Assembly: GCF_000143415.4 (NCBI RefSeq)
Contig: NW_003314321.1
Coordinates: 568,236-632,235 of the forward strand
DNA from: Selaginella moellendorffii
Taxonomy: Eukaryota; Plantae; Lycopodiophyta
Direction: 5' to 3'
DNA length: 64,000 nucleotides
The position numbers and the translations under genes are program-made. Positions 24,121-37,005 of this stretch are shown piece after piece (the first letter of the stretch is position 1; each line of letters starts with the position of its first letter). The notes below the pieces were generated by a model. The model was not told the DNA's origin, did not search any database, and saw only the letters and a list, made by a program, of their open reading frames with translations.

Positions 24121-25673
24121 CTACCTATAGGGGCTTTCCACGCTAGAATAGTAATCTTCACTCTGGCCTTCCTCCACATCCTCAGCGCCATCTTCTTCCG
24201 ATGATGAATCCTCTGTGATCCCGATAGTTGACATGACACAACTCAACTCATCCTTCCAAGGATTATGCTCAATTGAGACAATGCCGCCCAAGGAGAAGCC
24301 CACGATGCTAACTTTGGGTGGCAGATCACCGTCCACAGAGATCACAACATCTGATGCCTCAAAAGTTCCATGATAAGCACCGCACTGGTAGATCTCTCGC
24401 AACACCCTTGTGGCAGGCTCTTTGAGATGGGGATATGTTTGGGAAGGAAGAGTGTTATCACCTTCGTCAGACATGACAATCACTGAGAACATATCCCTAT
24501 TGAGGACGCCATACTCTAAGAGCTTGGGAACTCCACGACCCTGCATGGATTTGAGCCTGGAATACATGAGGATCTCCCGAACAAACAACATAGCAGCACC
24601 TAGTTTTGAACCTGGTTGAGAGATGTCCACTATTTTCACCACCACCTTCTCAGATCCTCTGTACACAGCCCTTGCCACATTTGGTGACAGCACCATTCCC
24701 TGCCGAAAGTCCCTATAAAACTCCCCAAACCTCCAACACTTCAACTTCTTGTGCACTTTGGCCATGGAGATGTATGCCAACTCGCTTGCCAAGTGCTTCA
24801 TGTTGCGCTTGACAAACTTGTTGAAATCCTTTGGCAGCATCACATGATGAGGGGGAGGCACCATTGTGAGCTCCTCGCAATTGTCCTGATCGTCTTGCCG
24901 AGGCAACTCAGTGGCATTGACCACACTAGAGAAGATAATGTACCAGAAGTGCTTCATTGGCACCTCAGAGATCTTCATCGGTTCAGCTATAGCAAAGCCA
25001 TTGTAGCCACGCCTGACACAAAACCACAGATGGCGTGCACCAATAATCACTGCATAATCTGTCTTCCACTGCTCACAGTAACAATAAACCTCTCCACAGC
25101 TTCTCTAAAAGAAGAGCCATGTTCCAGATTTGTAGCAATGTCTCGCACGCACAGCCCCTCAAGCTCCAAATGAATTACTCGCACGAGACAACCTCAAGGT
25201 TTCACGCTGCGATCACTTCCTGTCAACAGTACATTAACCTCGGGAACCAAGCCTACTCGACGGATTGCCCCCGGCAGCCGCTGGAAGAGTTGGGAGCTGA
25301 GGATTCTTGCCATCGCACCTGGAGAATCCACAGGATGAACTTGTCGATCCCGATTGGGCACAAAAAAGACCTCTTCCGTATCATTGATCTCTCTTGCAAC
25401 AAAACGATCGACTAGCTCGTGGATGTTGTGCCATACATAAAGCTTGGATGGGAATAACTCCCGTCTGACTCCCCAATCAGTGAAGGTGTCCACCTTCATG
25501 TTGCTGCTGATGAGCGGCCGCATAAATAGTCTACCAAGGAAATTCTTGGCATTCAACAAAGGCCCATCTCCATCATTCCATAGCATATTGCCTCTTTGAG
25601 GCTCTCAGAGCACTTGTAAAACTGCACGCGCAGCAAAGGAGCTTACCCTGTATCGTGCTTCTTCTTCTGCCAT
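24121..25673 (-). pseudogene. REase-like + kinase-like gene of CR-effector type; in-frame stop at 25194 and frameshift near 25085
   Basis: YCEQWKTDYAVIIGARHLWF (REase-like tail), VVVKIVD (VAIK-like), REILMYSRLKSMQGRGVPKL (E..Y..L...QG..VP), YHGTFEASDV and IVGFS replacing HxDxxxxN and DFG. Confidence 0.65.
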
Positions 25674-25841
25674 GCTCTAAACCCTTCTGCGTGAAAACCC
25701 TAACGTTCTGGGCATGCTAGTAAAACAGCCTTGGAAACGTATCATTGAATTTCTTTTCTTCAAAAATCTTCTTCATGTCAATAATCTATCCGGAAGAATG
25801 TACAAACAAAGACCCCCTTTCAAAATCTCCGACTTAAATGG

Positions 25842-28800
25842 TCACGCTATCCTGCTTCGCCGGGGCGACAGTAGCCCATCCAGCTCTCTTCTCAGCGGGA
25901 GAACCTTGTCTTTGTCGGCCTCCTTCTCAGCCTTCTTCCTTTCCATCTCTGCTAGCTTGCTGTTCTCTTCCAATGCACGCTTGAACATCACGATGAAATT
26001 AAAAATGATCGACACCGCTGCGAACCAAATCCAAGAGACGTTTGTAAAATCCAGTGCATATAGACCAAATGGTTAAGTACCTTGCTCAAATGGACAGCGA
26101 GCGGGATCTTCATTGAAGTAGCGCGCCAAGGAATCGGCATTGTGGCCCTGCAAAGTGACAATGCTTTCAACGAGCCATACATACAAACTTAACATCTCTT
26201 ACCACTTCAGAGTACAAAGACGCCAGTGTTCTCACCTCCGCCTCCGCTGTATCAAGGAAACTCTTCAAGCTCTGTGCGTCCATGGAAAACATTAGGACAA
26301 TGCGCGCAAAGCAGGCAGACATCACCTTCCGAAACCCATCAGAGACGGCTCCATCGTTTTCAGACGCTGTCAATTCCTGCTCAACCTTTTCCAGGCCTTT
26401 GCTTACGGCTTGCATTTCTTCTGCAAGAGCTTTCAATTGAATCTGTAACACAGGTCAGAAAACCAAGACACAAATACTGGAGTATGAAATATAAGAACCT
26501 TGGTGGCTGCCTCAAGGTGAGGCAATTCCTTGTCGAAATCAAGTATTTCGGGCATTTTCTCGGATACAATCTGCCACCAGTGTCACGTGTCAGCCAAGCC
26601 AAAACAGTTGCACCTAACTTACTTTACACAGATAATGTAATAACGTAGTTCTAGAATTACGAGCTCGAGTTTCTGTCAGCTTAAGTAGACTATCGAGTCT
26701 GAATCCAATCGCCGCCCCTGGAACAACAGCCACACTTGTTACTTAGCTCAAGCTCCCGGGCACTCTTCTTACCTCTAGCAGTTCCTTGGTTTAACGCATT
26801 TCCCAGGGACAGAACCGTTTGCATCACTCTTTTAAGCTTAGGAGACTCTTTCACCTGCAAGAATCCGGCTTCAGGCAACATACAAGAAGAGTGCGAAATT
26901 ACCTCTGCTGAAGCTTCATTGACTACTACCAGATTTTCTCGTAAATCTGACACCTGATACCATCGTTTGAAAGGGTAGACAAAATAATTTTGACCAAACC
27001 TGCGACGTGAACTGAAGTTTAAAAGAAAAAACCCTCAATTTGGACTCTACCCGAGGAACTTTCATCATCTCCAGAAAATACTGCAAAAGCAAACATATTG
27101 TCTAGTAAACGATACTGTTTCGGACAAAGCGGGACAAACCTGCTCACATTTGCCCAGGCATTCTTTATCGCCCGTGTAGTTCTGCAAAACCACCAGCGTG
27201 TAAGTTAGATGGCAAGATCATATCTGGAAATAAAACCTTGAGCGTTTCCATCTCCTCCTTTGTTGGACAAAACTTGATCAGATTATCAACCTGATCTACA
27301 TCCAGTACTGTCCCATCCAACGCTAGTATTGCTTTCTGAGTGCTCAAGTAAAAACCACATAGCATAATGTAGAGAGCAACTTACAACAACTTCTGGCAGT
27401 GGCATCTTCACTTTTGTCAGCATTATCTCGCAATTGTACGCTCGTCTATGTTCAATCTGAATAAAACAAAAGTGAGGCCTCCGCTTCTACTACAAAAGGC
27501 AGCTTACCAGGAGCACTTTTTCTTGCTTGGGAACTAGAGATGCACGACGACCACCCGCTCTGTCACCACCCGCAGCAGCATTCGGAACAGCGGCCGAGAA
27601 GAGGCTCTCTAGCTCGTTCATGTCAAATTCAGGTTGCCTATCACGCAACAAAAAGAAATTGTGAGCACACGTAACAAAAGAAAAAGACCACAAGACACAC
27701 CTTGACTGCTCTTCCTGCTTCTGACTCTCCGCCCATAGACTGCCCTGCATAGCCCGTGTAACCTTTACCCAGTGGTATGGCTTCAGAGAGGTCTTCTTCG
27801 GCGTAGCAGATGCCAGACCCGAAGCACCAGCAACCTGTCCTCGGCCTCGACCACCAGGAGGCGAAGGTGTCAAAGGACTACTACCTCGTCCTCTCCCCAA
27901 TGCAGGTGGCGGAGGAGGTGGCAATGGTGACTTCACACCGAGAGGAGGTGGCGGTGGCGGCGGAGCTGCTGATCCGGGAGGAGGCGGCGGAGGTGGAGGC
28001 GGTCCTTTCAAAGGCGGAGGTGGAGGCGGAGGAGTGCCTCGCATTCCCGGTGGAGGCAGCGGCGGCGGTGGCGGCGGCAGTGGTGAGCTTGATGAAGCTA
28101 GAGGCCGCGCAGCTTGTGGAAGAGGAGGTGGTGGCGGTGGAGGTGGCGCAGCGGTATTGCCACGTGGCGGTGGAGGAGGTGGTGGTGGTGGTGGTGGTGG
28201 TGGTGGTGGTGCAGCTGAAGTTCCTCGAGGCAACGGAGGAGGCGGAGGCGGAGGAGGTGGTGCAGCTGAATTCCCTCGAGGCAACGGTGGCGGAGGCGGC
28301 GGCGGCGGGGCAGTTGAATTCCCTCGAGGCAGCGGCGGAGGAGGCGGAGGTGGCGGTGGCGGCTTTGCAGTAGAACTTGGGAGCTTGAACGGAGGTGGTG
28401 GAGGAGGCGGAGGAGGGGGACGACCGGCAACAGAAACTACTGGTGGTGGTGGTGGTGGTGGTGGAGCAGGAGGTGGAGACCGCGAAATAGCCAACCTCGG
28501 AGGTGGTGGAGGAGGCGGAGGCGGAGGTGGCGAAGGAGTACCTGGTGCGAAGCTAGGGTTAGACGATGACGTTGGACTTGTCCCGTTTTGATCGTCGGTT
28601 AGGGGTGTGGTGGAGGAGGTGGTGCTGCTGGAAATAAGTGTCCACTCGTCGTCCGCTGCCGCTAGTGCTGCTCGATCCATTGGAAGTCTCCTGTCCTCAA
28701 ACCCATTGCCAACCGTGGTCAGCTGCTGGAGGAACTTCAATGCCGCGTCTCCGCCACCGTCTAACCAGTCCCCGCTACTGAAGAGCTCCTGGACCTTGGC

Positions 28801-30084
28801 AAAAGCTTCCATCGGCAAGCCACCTTTGTCTTCCATCAGCGACGGCACAGGCGCCACAGGGGACGAAAATCCATCCGTCTCGCCAAAAAGCACCTAAAAG
28901 GAAAAGATTGATTTTGCCAAAATTGGTCCAGCTTTGCTTGCTTACCTCTGCTCGGAAGTCCTTGGAGAAGCGCTCCTTCCCGTTCCAGAGTATGTCAATG
29001 TCGTCCCGGTTGAGCATCAGGATGTTGGAGCGGATGAACGCGGTGTTAAACATGACCCGGAACATCATCTCCTCCCGGTCCGACTCCAAGTCCAAGTGGA
29101 TGCACTCGAGAACCACGTCGCCTTGCACGGCACACTGTACATCGATCTTCATCACATCACAATCTGTCTGGAACACACAAGAGCGTTACTGACCAAAGCA
29201 AGAGAAAGAAAACAAGCTCACCACCTTACCGGTCGATAATGCCGGACAGACTTGCTCTTCTTTCCCAAGGCAAAGAGCATCCTCGTCGTCCTGTTCCCTG
29301 CTTTCGATCGGGGATCTCTTCCATAAATCCGGACGAGGGGCCGGCATCCATCCTCGGCATCGAAAGCTGGCACCACTCTGAGAATGAGGCAGTCGAGGCT
29401 GAGCGAGCGATCCGGGGGTGGCCACTCCGGAGAGTTGTTCCTTCTCGCAACGTACTGGAGATATCTCAGCTGCGATGGCATAGGATTAAGCGGAGTGAGC
29501 AGCTGCATCAATCCCTTGGGAGCCTCCCGGTGGAGCATATCAAGCGTCTTGAATTCGCCCGTGTACATCTTCCTGTAGATGAGAAAGCTGGCGAGAATGA
29601 ACGCTAGCAGCGGCCATCCCCCCCTCTCGCAGTGCATCAGGACGATGTTTTGCTGCCCCTCGAGCGAAAGCCAACTATCGCTGGATCGCAGGAAGTGATG
29701 GATCATCTCCATGGGAAGAATCGGGCAGCCCTCATACTGGCGTGGATAGTCCATCACCGTCATATCGTATTGCGATAACATCTCTGTCAGCTGGCTCTTC
29801 CTCTCGCCCTCCCGGAAGTTAAAGACGAGGAAGGACGAATCGGGGAACTGCTCGTGGATTTGCATCGCGATCTGGCGCAAGTAGAGCTTGTAAGTCTCCT
29901 CCTCGAAGACGTCCGTGGAGAAGCACGAGTCAAAGACTGGATTTCACAAAAGAATGGATCAATGCGCTGGGAATGGAGATTGGAATGGATCGAGGGCGAG
30001 CGAGTGCTTACCGAAAACCCTCTCGGATATCTCCAGGAGCCCATCGGGGGGCCTCCTGTAGAAAAATCGGCGGAAAAGCGACAT
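25842..30084 (-). CDS. Class II formin (PTEN-like + C2, polyproline FH1, FH2), multi-exon
   Basis: Starts MSLFRRFFYRRPPDGLLEISERVF; exons 30084-30012, 29936-29230, 29167-28946, 28893-27701 then small FH2 exons; HCERGG pseudo-phosphatase motif, poly-Pro, LKPYHWVKVTRAMQGSLW, LGNALNQGTARG; stop 25842. Confidence 0.93.
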
Positions 30085-30539
30085 TCTCCCATGCAATGAC
30101 GAGCGCCTGGATTCTCCACGCCCCAGAGAATTTTCACCTCGATCACACAGGCTGTGATCTTAGCTCAATGCGGCCATCGCGAACCCGCAGCGCATCGAAA
30201 TCCCTGCCTGGACTTGCCTGATATCGATCGGCGCCATAGCCAGTAAGCTCATCCGCCGTGCGACAGAAACCCAGGAACCCTAGGAGCTCCCAAGAGATCT
30301 GATCCGGTACCTAAGTTTAATCCCGCCTCTCCTGGAGAGAGAACATTGAGCGCCGGAGAAGGGGCCTCACAGCCGTCGGATCCAACAGATCGAACGGCCC
30401 CGATTAAAACAACCATTCCTCCCGTTAAACCTCTATTTTCTCATTTAAGGGGAGTTATCATTAAATTTAGGTTAAATTTGGCCAGCTCTTTGGCTTTGCA
30501 CTGAGTCTTTGCTAGGGAGACGCTCCAAGGAGGATGTGA

Positions 30540-31197
30540 TCCGCGACAAGGAAACGGATGCTTGCTCTGGATGCCAGCATTCTAGCTGCAATCCGCGAGT
30601 CGGCGAGCGCTGGGGAAGAAGGCGAGAATGTAGGTTGATTTGAGGCGCTCACGCTCGATCTCGCAGGATTTCGCCGGTGTCTGGCCGATTTTCGATGCGG
30701 CACAGTCTCGCGACTTCCGGAAACAGTAACACGCATTTTTTCGCTGTGTTTCTGGAAAGAAATTTCTTTCTTTCCAGATTATCCAGGGTCTTATCAACGA
30801 GCTAGAGGCTCAAGGGGCTTGGAAGGGGCTTTACCTCGGAGTAGCTCTCGGGTGTCCATGCTGTGGTCAGAGTTGGGTCTTGTTTTGCCTCCGTGGTTCC
30901 TATGATTGAATTTTTTTCGTTTTTCCTTCTCTAGATTTGTAGAGCTATTATGGCAGCTCTCGGCCCACGCTCTGAGAGAAGTTCATCGACGGAACTTCCC
31001 AGCGGATGTTGCCGAGAACCCCTTGCCAGCGTCGTTCACGGAATTCATCACGCAAAATTCACATGCATCAGCACTCCTTGCCGTGACAAAGGTGGAGTGT
31101 TCAGGCACGTATTGCTCTATAGCGTAGGCGTTTCCTGCAAGGTGCGTCTGCGGCCATGCATAAACAAGCGTTGTGGTCCGGTCTAGCTCATGACATG
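30540..31197 (+). pseudogene. AUG6: AUG6 fragment, copy B, divergent from the formin
   Basis: [71 protein letters not shown]; truncated. Confidence 0.8.
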
Positions 31198-32420
31198 AGA
31201 TCCATGGTGGCAGCGAGAGCATAGTCCCCTCTCATGGAAACAAAGTACCCGTGACCATCGTGGAGCAGCCCGGCAGCGCTGCACGCAGCAAAAATGGTGG
31301 TGAAGCTGACAACGTCTAGTCCTAGTCCTTGAAGCTCAGTCAACTCAAACAGCTCGCGAGCTCGTCGGCCATGTCCGTTTCGAGCAAAGGCCGCCACTGT
31401 GGTCGTGCAGAGCATCAAACTCCACTCCCAGGCCCGTCCTGCGAGAAGATCTCCGCCGCGCTCGACACATCTCCGCATTTTCCATACATGTTGATGGCGG
31501 CTGCTCCAGCAGTGACATCGAGCATCTCGCCGCTCGCCTCGACGCTCGAGGAGACAGCGCTGCCGTCCGAGAGAGCTGTGAAGGCCGCGCACGCGTCGAA
31601 GATGCAAGCCAGAGCGACACCGTCCATTCCCAGGCCGGCCAAGTCCATGAGCTTGAAAGCTTTCAGCGCCTCGGCAGAGCGTCCGCTCCTGGCATAGCTC
31701 GACACCATCGACGTCCATGACACGAGGGTCTTCTCCCGAAAGGCATCGAAGACGAGCTTCGACTGCTCGAATCTCCCACACTTGACGTACATGTTGAGCG
31801 AGCCTCTCTCAACCGCATAGGAGCAGCTCTGTCCAAGTCTCCGGCTCCAGAGCAGGCTTCCAGGACGCTCAGCACCGCCACCTTGTCGAAGTGGACGCCT
31901 TCTAGTACCATCTTGTGGAAGCTCTTGATCGCTCTCCGGCTTGAGTCGTTTGCCACGAACGCTCCGAGGCAGTCCAGGATCTGACACTGGGGTGGCAGAG
32001 CTCTTCTCGAAGGACTTGCGAGCGCCTTCCAAGCTGCGGCATTTCCCATACATGTTGATGAGCAGGCAACTCAAGTCGACGTCCAAGCGGAGATCAAGCG
32101 AGAGCTCCAGTTTTTTGTGGAGAAGCCTTCCATGGTGGAGATTGTCGCAGCAGTCGAGGATGGTGATCCACGTAGGGTATGGAGGCTCACCTTCCAAGTC
32201 CATCCGCTTGAGCAAGCTCAGAGCTCGAGAGAAGCTCCCGTGGCGAGCGTAGCCCGCGATCATCGAGTTCCAAGTCACGACGTCTCGGAGCTCTCCTCCG
32301 GCTCGCAGCTCAAACATCTCCTCCGCGGCCGCGACCTCCCCGTTGGATCCCAGCCCCGCCAGCATTGAGTTCCGAGAGACAAGCTTCCTCTCGGGCATTC
32401 GATCGAAGAGCTCAGTTTCT
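31190..32420 (-). pseudogene. PLS-PPR pseudogene, copy B
   Basis: RDVVTWNSMIAGYARHG, LLINMYGKCRSLEGARKSF, LVSWTSMVSSYARSG; several frameshifts. Confidence 0.85.
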
Positions 32421-32517
32421 CCGATCCAGTCTGGCCCTTTTGGTTTCACGCAATGAATCTTCCATGGGCAAACCAATCAAAACACTAAAGGCATTTTTAG
32501 GTTTATATAATTAGTAT

Positions 32518-34174
32518 ATGGTACGTGTATTTCCGTCCTCGCCAGAGGATTATCTAGAGGAGCTTCTAAGGAATTTGCCGCTTTTTTGTGGAATGCAATG
32601 GACGGCAAAATGGCTGCTAGAGAGGCTGACGGTTGAAGACCTTGGATTCCATTACAAGCCACTCGTTCTGAAGCTTGTTGAGCAGGGATGCTTCCGTAGT
32701 GGCCACGAATGGAACAGAGCAGGAAAGAAGATCTAGGAGGTCGATGTCACCTAAGCAGAAGAGAAGCCAAACCGACCGTGATATCCCTTCAAATGCCCAG
32801 GACCTCTTCTCGAATCTGCAAAAAGCTCTCTTTCTCGGTTTCTGGGAAGATGTATCACTTCAAAGGGAAATTGCGTTTCAAAAGGAGTTTGAGCAGTTGA
32901 GGAAGTGCATCGAAAAGTTGGGGGAGTCAAACGACTTTGTCTTTCTCATCGATAACTATCAGAAACTAGATGAACCCAGGGTGGCGGACATTAGAGGAAA
33001 GATTGAGTCCGTTGAGAGTTTATGCTCCAAGACTCTTTGTGCACGCCGCGACACTGTCATGAGGAGTTTGTTAAGTGGCATAGATTGCCTTTTGTACCGA
33101 AAAATTGCAGTGTTCACGGTGGGGGAAGCTCAAACCTTTCTCGGTGCGCATGGAATTGCGAAGGGGAGCGATTTCCTACCTGACCGGGAGGCTTCCTGTG
33201 CTCGTGTCCGGGTACGTCACTGCATCCAAAGCGAAGTGCGACTTTAAAGCTATGAAACAAGTCAAGGTCATGGTGACTGCTCTAGAAAGGATGGTCCGGG
33301 GTGTTGATTCACTCCCTGCGGCCGATCGAATTGCTGCAGTTCAGGCGTTTATTGTTTGTTCCAGAAAGGGTGGAGGTTGTTTGCTCAAGTTTCTTGATAT
33401 GAGATGGGTTCTGGAAGGTGCCGAGGACACTACGATTCGTCTCCGATTTTGCAAGGGACATTCTGATCCAAACACTCGAAAAACTGTCAAATCAGTTTTG
33501 TGAAATGATCGTGATTGATTACACCAGTGAGATCGTCCTGGAGTGTAGAAACCCTGGCAAAGCACGTTTTCATCAATGTTGTCCGGAGGTGGTCCTTTTC
33601 TGGTCATCCAGATCCACAAAGGTGCTGCTTCTTTTCAGATAAGCCCAATGGATTCACGCATATTCCAACTCTTTACATCCCTCCTGTCGGCTATTTCTAC
33701 GTGGACGCTGGATTGAGATACGAAGCCAACGGGAGACTTGTGGTCAGAGTTTTCCAAGTTAGTTTGGGCCTCCAGAGTGGAGACGATCATTGGAAAACCA
33801 CAGACAAATTCATGGATTCTGAGCAATGCGGAAATTTTTCGGCACAATGTGATCCGTATCAGATCCACTGGATTTACTCGTGGATTGGAAGGGAATGCGA
33901 TCGCCCTTCTTGGGCTCCCATGAAGACGACTCAGACAGCCGCCGGAATTACATGTCAGGAAGAGTTTTTTTCGTTTGAGGACATAGCAAAGGAAATTCCT
34001 TCCAAGCTGTCAACAGGGGTGTACATTGTACAAGGGTTACAAAGTGTCTCAGGCTCGGAGTACAAGTTCAACAGTGCCTCTTGTCTTGGGCTCCAGCTCT
34101 GGCTCTGGCTCGGGCTCGGGCTCGGGCGGATGCGAAACTGGAAGCACCACTATCCCGAGCCCGAGCGTAACTGA
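32518..34174 (+). pseudogene. Frameshifted Crinkler-type NTPase + REase effector-like gene
   Basis: Overlapping ORFs give Walker-B-like FVFLIDNY, YLTGRLPVLV (TG..P), then LYIPPVGYFYVDAGLRY...VRVFQVSL, the LY.P......D......FQV pattern of CR-REases. Confidence 0.6.
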
Positions 34175-34539
34175 ATTAAGAAGTCCACCAAACGCCGACC
34201 ACGATGTGGGGACAGCATGCAGAAGTTGGCAGCGAAGAAGAAGAAGGATTAAACTGTATCTGGATGAGCTTTCCCTTAATTCGAAGATTTCTTGTTCCCC
34301 AAGAGTTTGCCGGCTCAGGGTGTTGCCAGATTGCCTTCAGCGGGCTCCAACTCACGCACTTTTACTCGAACTTCGCTCCCTCGAATGCCAGGCACCACCA
34401 CTCGGGCGAGAAATTCTCCGTGTCGATGTAGGGTGATGTCAAGGGTGACTCAAAGCTGATGGCTATAGAGTGAGTGCGAAAGAGAAGAGGGAGGTTACTT
34501 TCTCTGCAGTCGTACCTTTGCAGAAAGTTTCTCCAGTTT

Positions 34540-34760
34540 CTCGACGTCTGCGCGGCCTTCACAGCTCTCTCGGACGGCAGTGCTATCTATTCGAGCGGCG
34601 AGAAGTTCGATGTCACTGCTGGAGCAGCGGCCATCAACATGTATGGAAAATGCGGAGATGTGTCGAGCGCGGCGGAGATCTTCTCGCAGTACCGGGCTTG
34701 GGAGTGGAGTTTGTTGGTGACATGGCCGACGAGCTCACGAGCTGTTCGAGCTGATTGAGC
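34540..34760 (+). pseudogene. Short copy of the PLS-PPR pseudogene, inverted relative to 31330-31600
   Basis: [57 protein letters not shown]. Confidence 0.85.
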
Positions 34761-37005
34761 TTCACAATCCATGGTTTTGAAAGTGGAAACTGCAAAGAAA
34801 AGGATATATAAATGAATGCTCTAAGAAATGCCGCAAGGTGCAATGATCCGTTATCACCTCTGCTGGAGTGACTGCACAATGGCTTCAATGTCATTGCACT
34901 TCCTCTAGAAGTATGAAACTGGATAATCATCTTCAATGCAAAGTTGGACGCATCATACAACACTCATCCAAAGTCGGACAATACTAGGAAGGAATCCAAT
35001 CCTTGGTGGATCGAGTCAATCTTGGATTGGAAACGAATGCCATGAAGTGTGAAGTTTCTTAGGATTGAACCTCAAACTCGCATTTGGTTTTCGTAGCATA
35101 AAGTTTATTCTTGCGCAATCATTTGGAATGCCATTTGCAAATGTTCAAAGTGCTTGAGGATAGTCCGCAAAAACTTGATTCACATGGCATCACCACGTGG
35201 TATTGCATAATTGTCCCTCGCCATTACCTCGTTCAAGGCATAATAGTCGACACACCATCTTTTTTACATATGAACAAGACAGAGGCTCCAACCAAAGGGT
35301 GACTTCAAGGGGCAGATAAATGTTCAGTTAGCAAAACATCTAGGAACTCCAATAGTTTCTCAATTCTTCATTCTCCCAACTAACAGTATTTAAACTCAGT
35401 AATCCCACCCATCAAGAATTTGCACTTCAAAAACGAGAGGATTCCCTCTCAAAACGTTAAAAGTATACTTTTGAGGCAACTGGGTCAAAAAGTCAATGAA
35501 AGTCAGCTTAATCAATAAAATGCCAACAGAGTCAATTCAAAGTAAATGTAAGTCTTCAAAGGCTATGTTAGACTTTCATTGACTACCCTTGACTGAGTTG
35601 AAATTAAGCTCACCTAATGAGTTGAGCTGAATTTTGGTCCATCTCTGTTTCTAGGATTGCTAGATAATTTTATTTGCATCCCATCAAATCTCTTATCAAT
35701 TACATCAAACTCCACTATTTTCCAATAGCTGGTTGACCATGAAAACAGATTTCTCTCTCCCCTTATCAGCATCTTATAGCAGCATGAGAGAATGAATCTT
35801 CTCCTCTTAATCCTTTCAGTGCTTTAATATTTCCATACCTCTCTGGTTTCTTGCTAGAAGAAGAAATTCTGAAAAACTTCCTTCAGGACCATTCAATTTG
35901 CCAGTCATTACCTGCACTCCCTCACACTTTACTCCACAAACTTTCGCGGGCTGAGGATACGTTTTTAAATATAATTGATTTATCCTTTTGCACTCAACAA
36001 AGTAAATGAGTGATATGGTGATTTAAGGCTTGGCATATTGTAATTACCTCAAAAAGAGCCGCCATAGAGATTTTTTAAGTTCCATGCCTTTGAGATTGCT
36101 CTATTGATATTTGATAAATATTTTGTCAATGGAGCTTTTTATACTAAACTGTATAAGTTCTATCCTATGTAGGTACATGATGACATTACTGCTGCCATGA
36201 TGTCCACTTTGATGATCACTGAGATTACTGTTTCAATGTCTCATCAAGCTTGTGGAAAGTAGTAGTTGTTGATCTGCTCAGGTCTCCAGGAATTACACAC
36301 CAATCAGTCAGGAATAATTTATATATAGAGTGTGATTGACATATGAATTGCAATTCATTTTCTCTTCATGATATTAGAGCACAGGCTTATTACTTTTCTT
36401 TTCTTTTTTTTGTTCCTATTTCTTGCTCTCGTTACTGATAGAGCAATTGGCTGCTACCATTCTTGCAAATCTCTAGCCTCAAAGTGTTTTTGGTACCAAA
36501 TGTTTTTGTGTATATTTTTTAAAGACCCAGTCAAAAGTGGAGAATACATGTACTTACCTTTAAAATAGTTTAAGTTTTTGTACGAAGAAAATGGAATATG
36601 CGGCATTGAGCTCGCAGCAGCGCAAGAACAGCAGCTCCGATCGCCCGGTTTCAAGCCTGGCTTTCGTGTCGGACGTGGTGGACAATAGGGGATCGATTGC
36701 CGCCTCAAAATCCCGCTCTACTTCACCGCCCAGGATAGCTCGCCAAGTGGCTCGTTCGCAAGTTTGAGAAGACGCCACTGTTGCAGGGAGTGTGCACCGC
36801 CTGCTGTTTTGCATTGACGAGTGTTGTTTTGGAAAGGAGTTTAAAGAGGTCTTTAACAAACGATTGCCAAGAACAGTGATCAACTGCAAGGCAAAGATCA
36901 AAAGAAGAAAGACACCCAAAAGACAAAGAAGTGGAACTAGAAGCTAGAAATCTCTCATTCTAACTTTGAAGCTTACAAGAAACACTAGTATAAACAAGCT
37001 AGACT

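Noticed and set aside
27810-28591. Gly-rich, Val/Ala-rich and His-rich ORFs
   Set aside because: Antisense or alternate-frame shadows of the formin polyproline region
34780-36960. Short ORFs in the AT-rich interval
   Set aside because: No recognisable motifs or consistent exon chain
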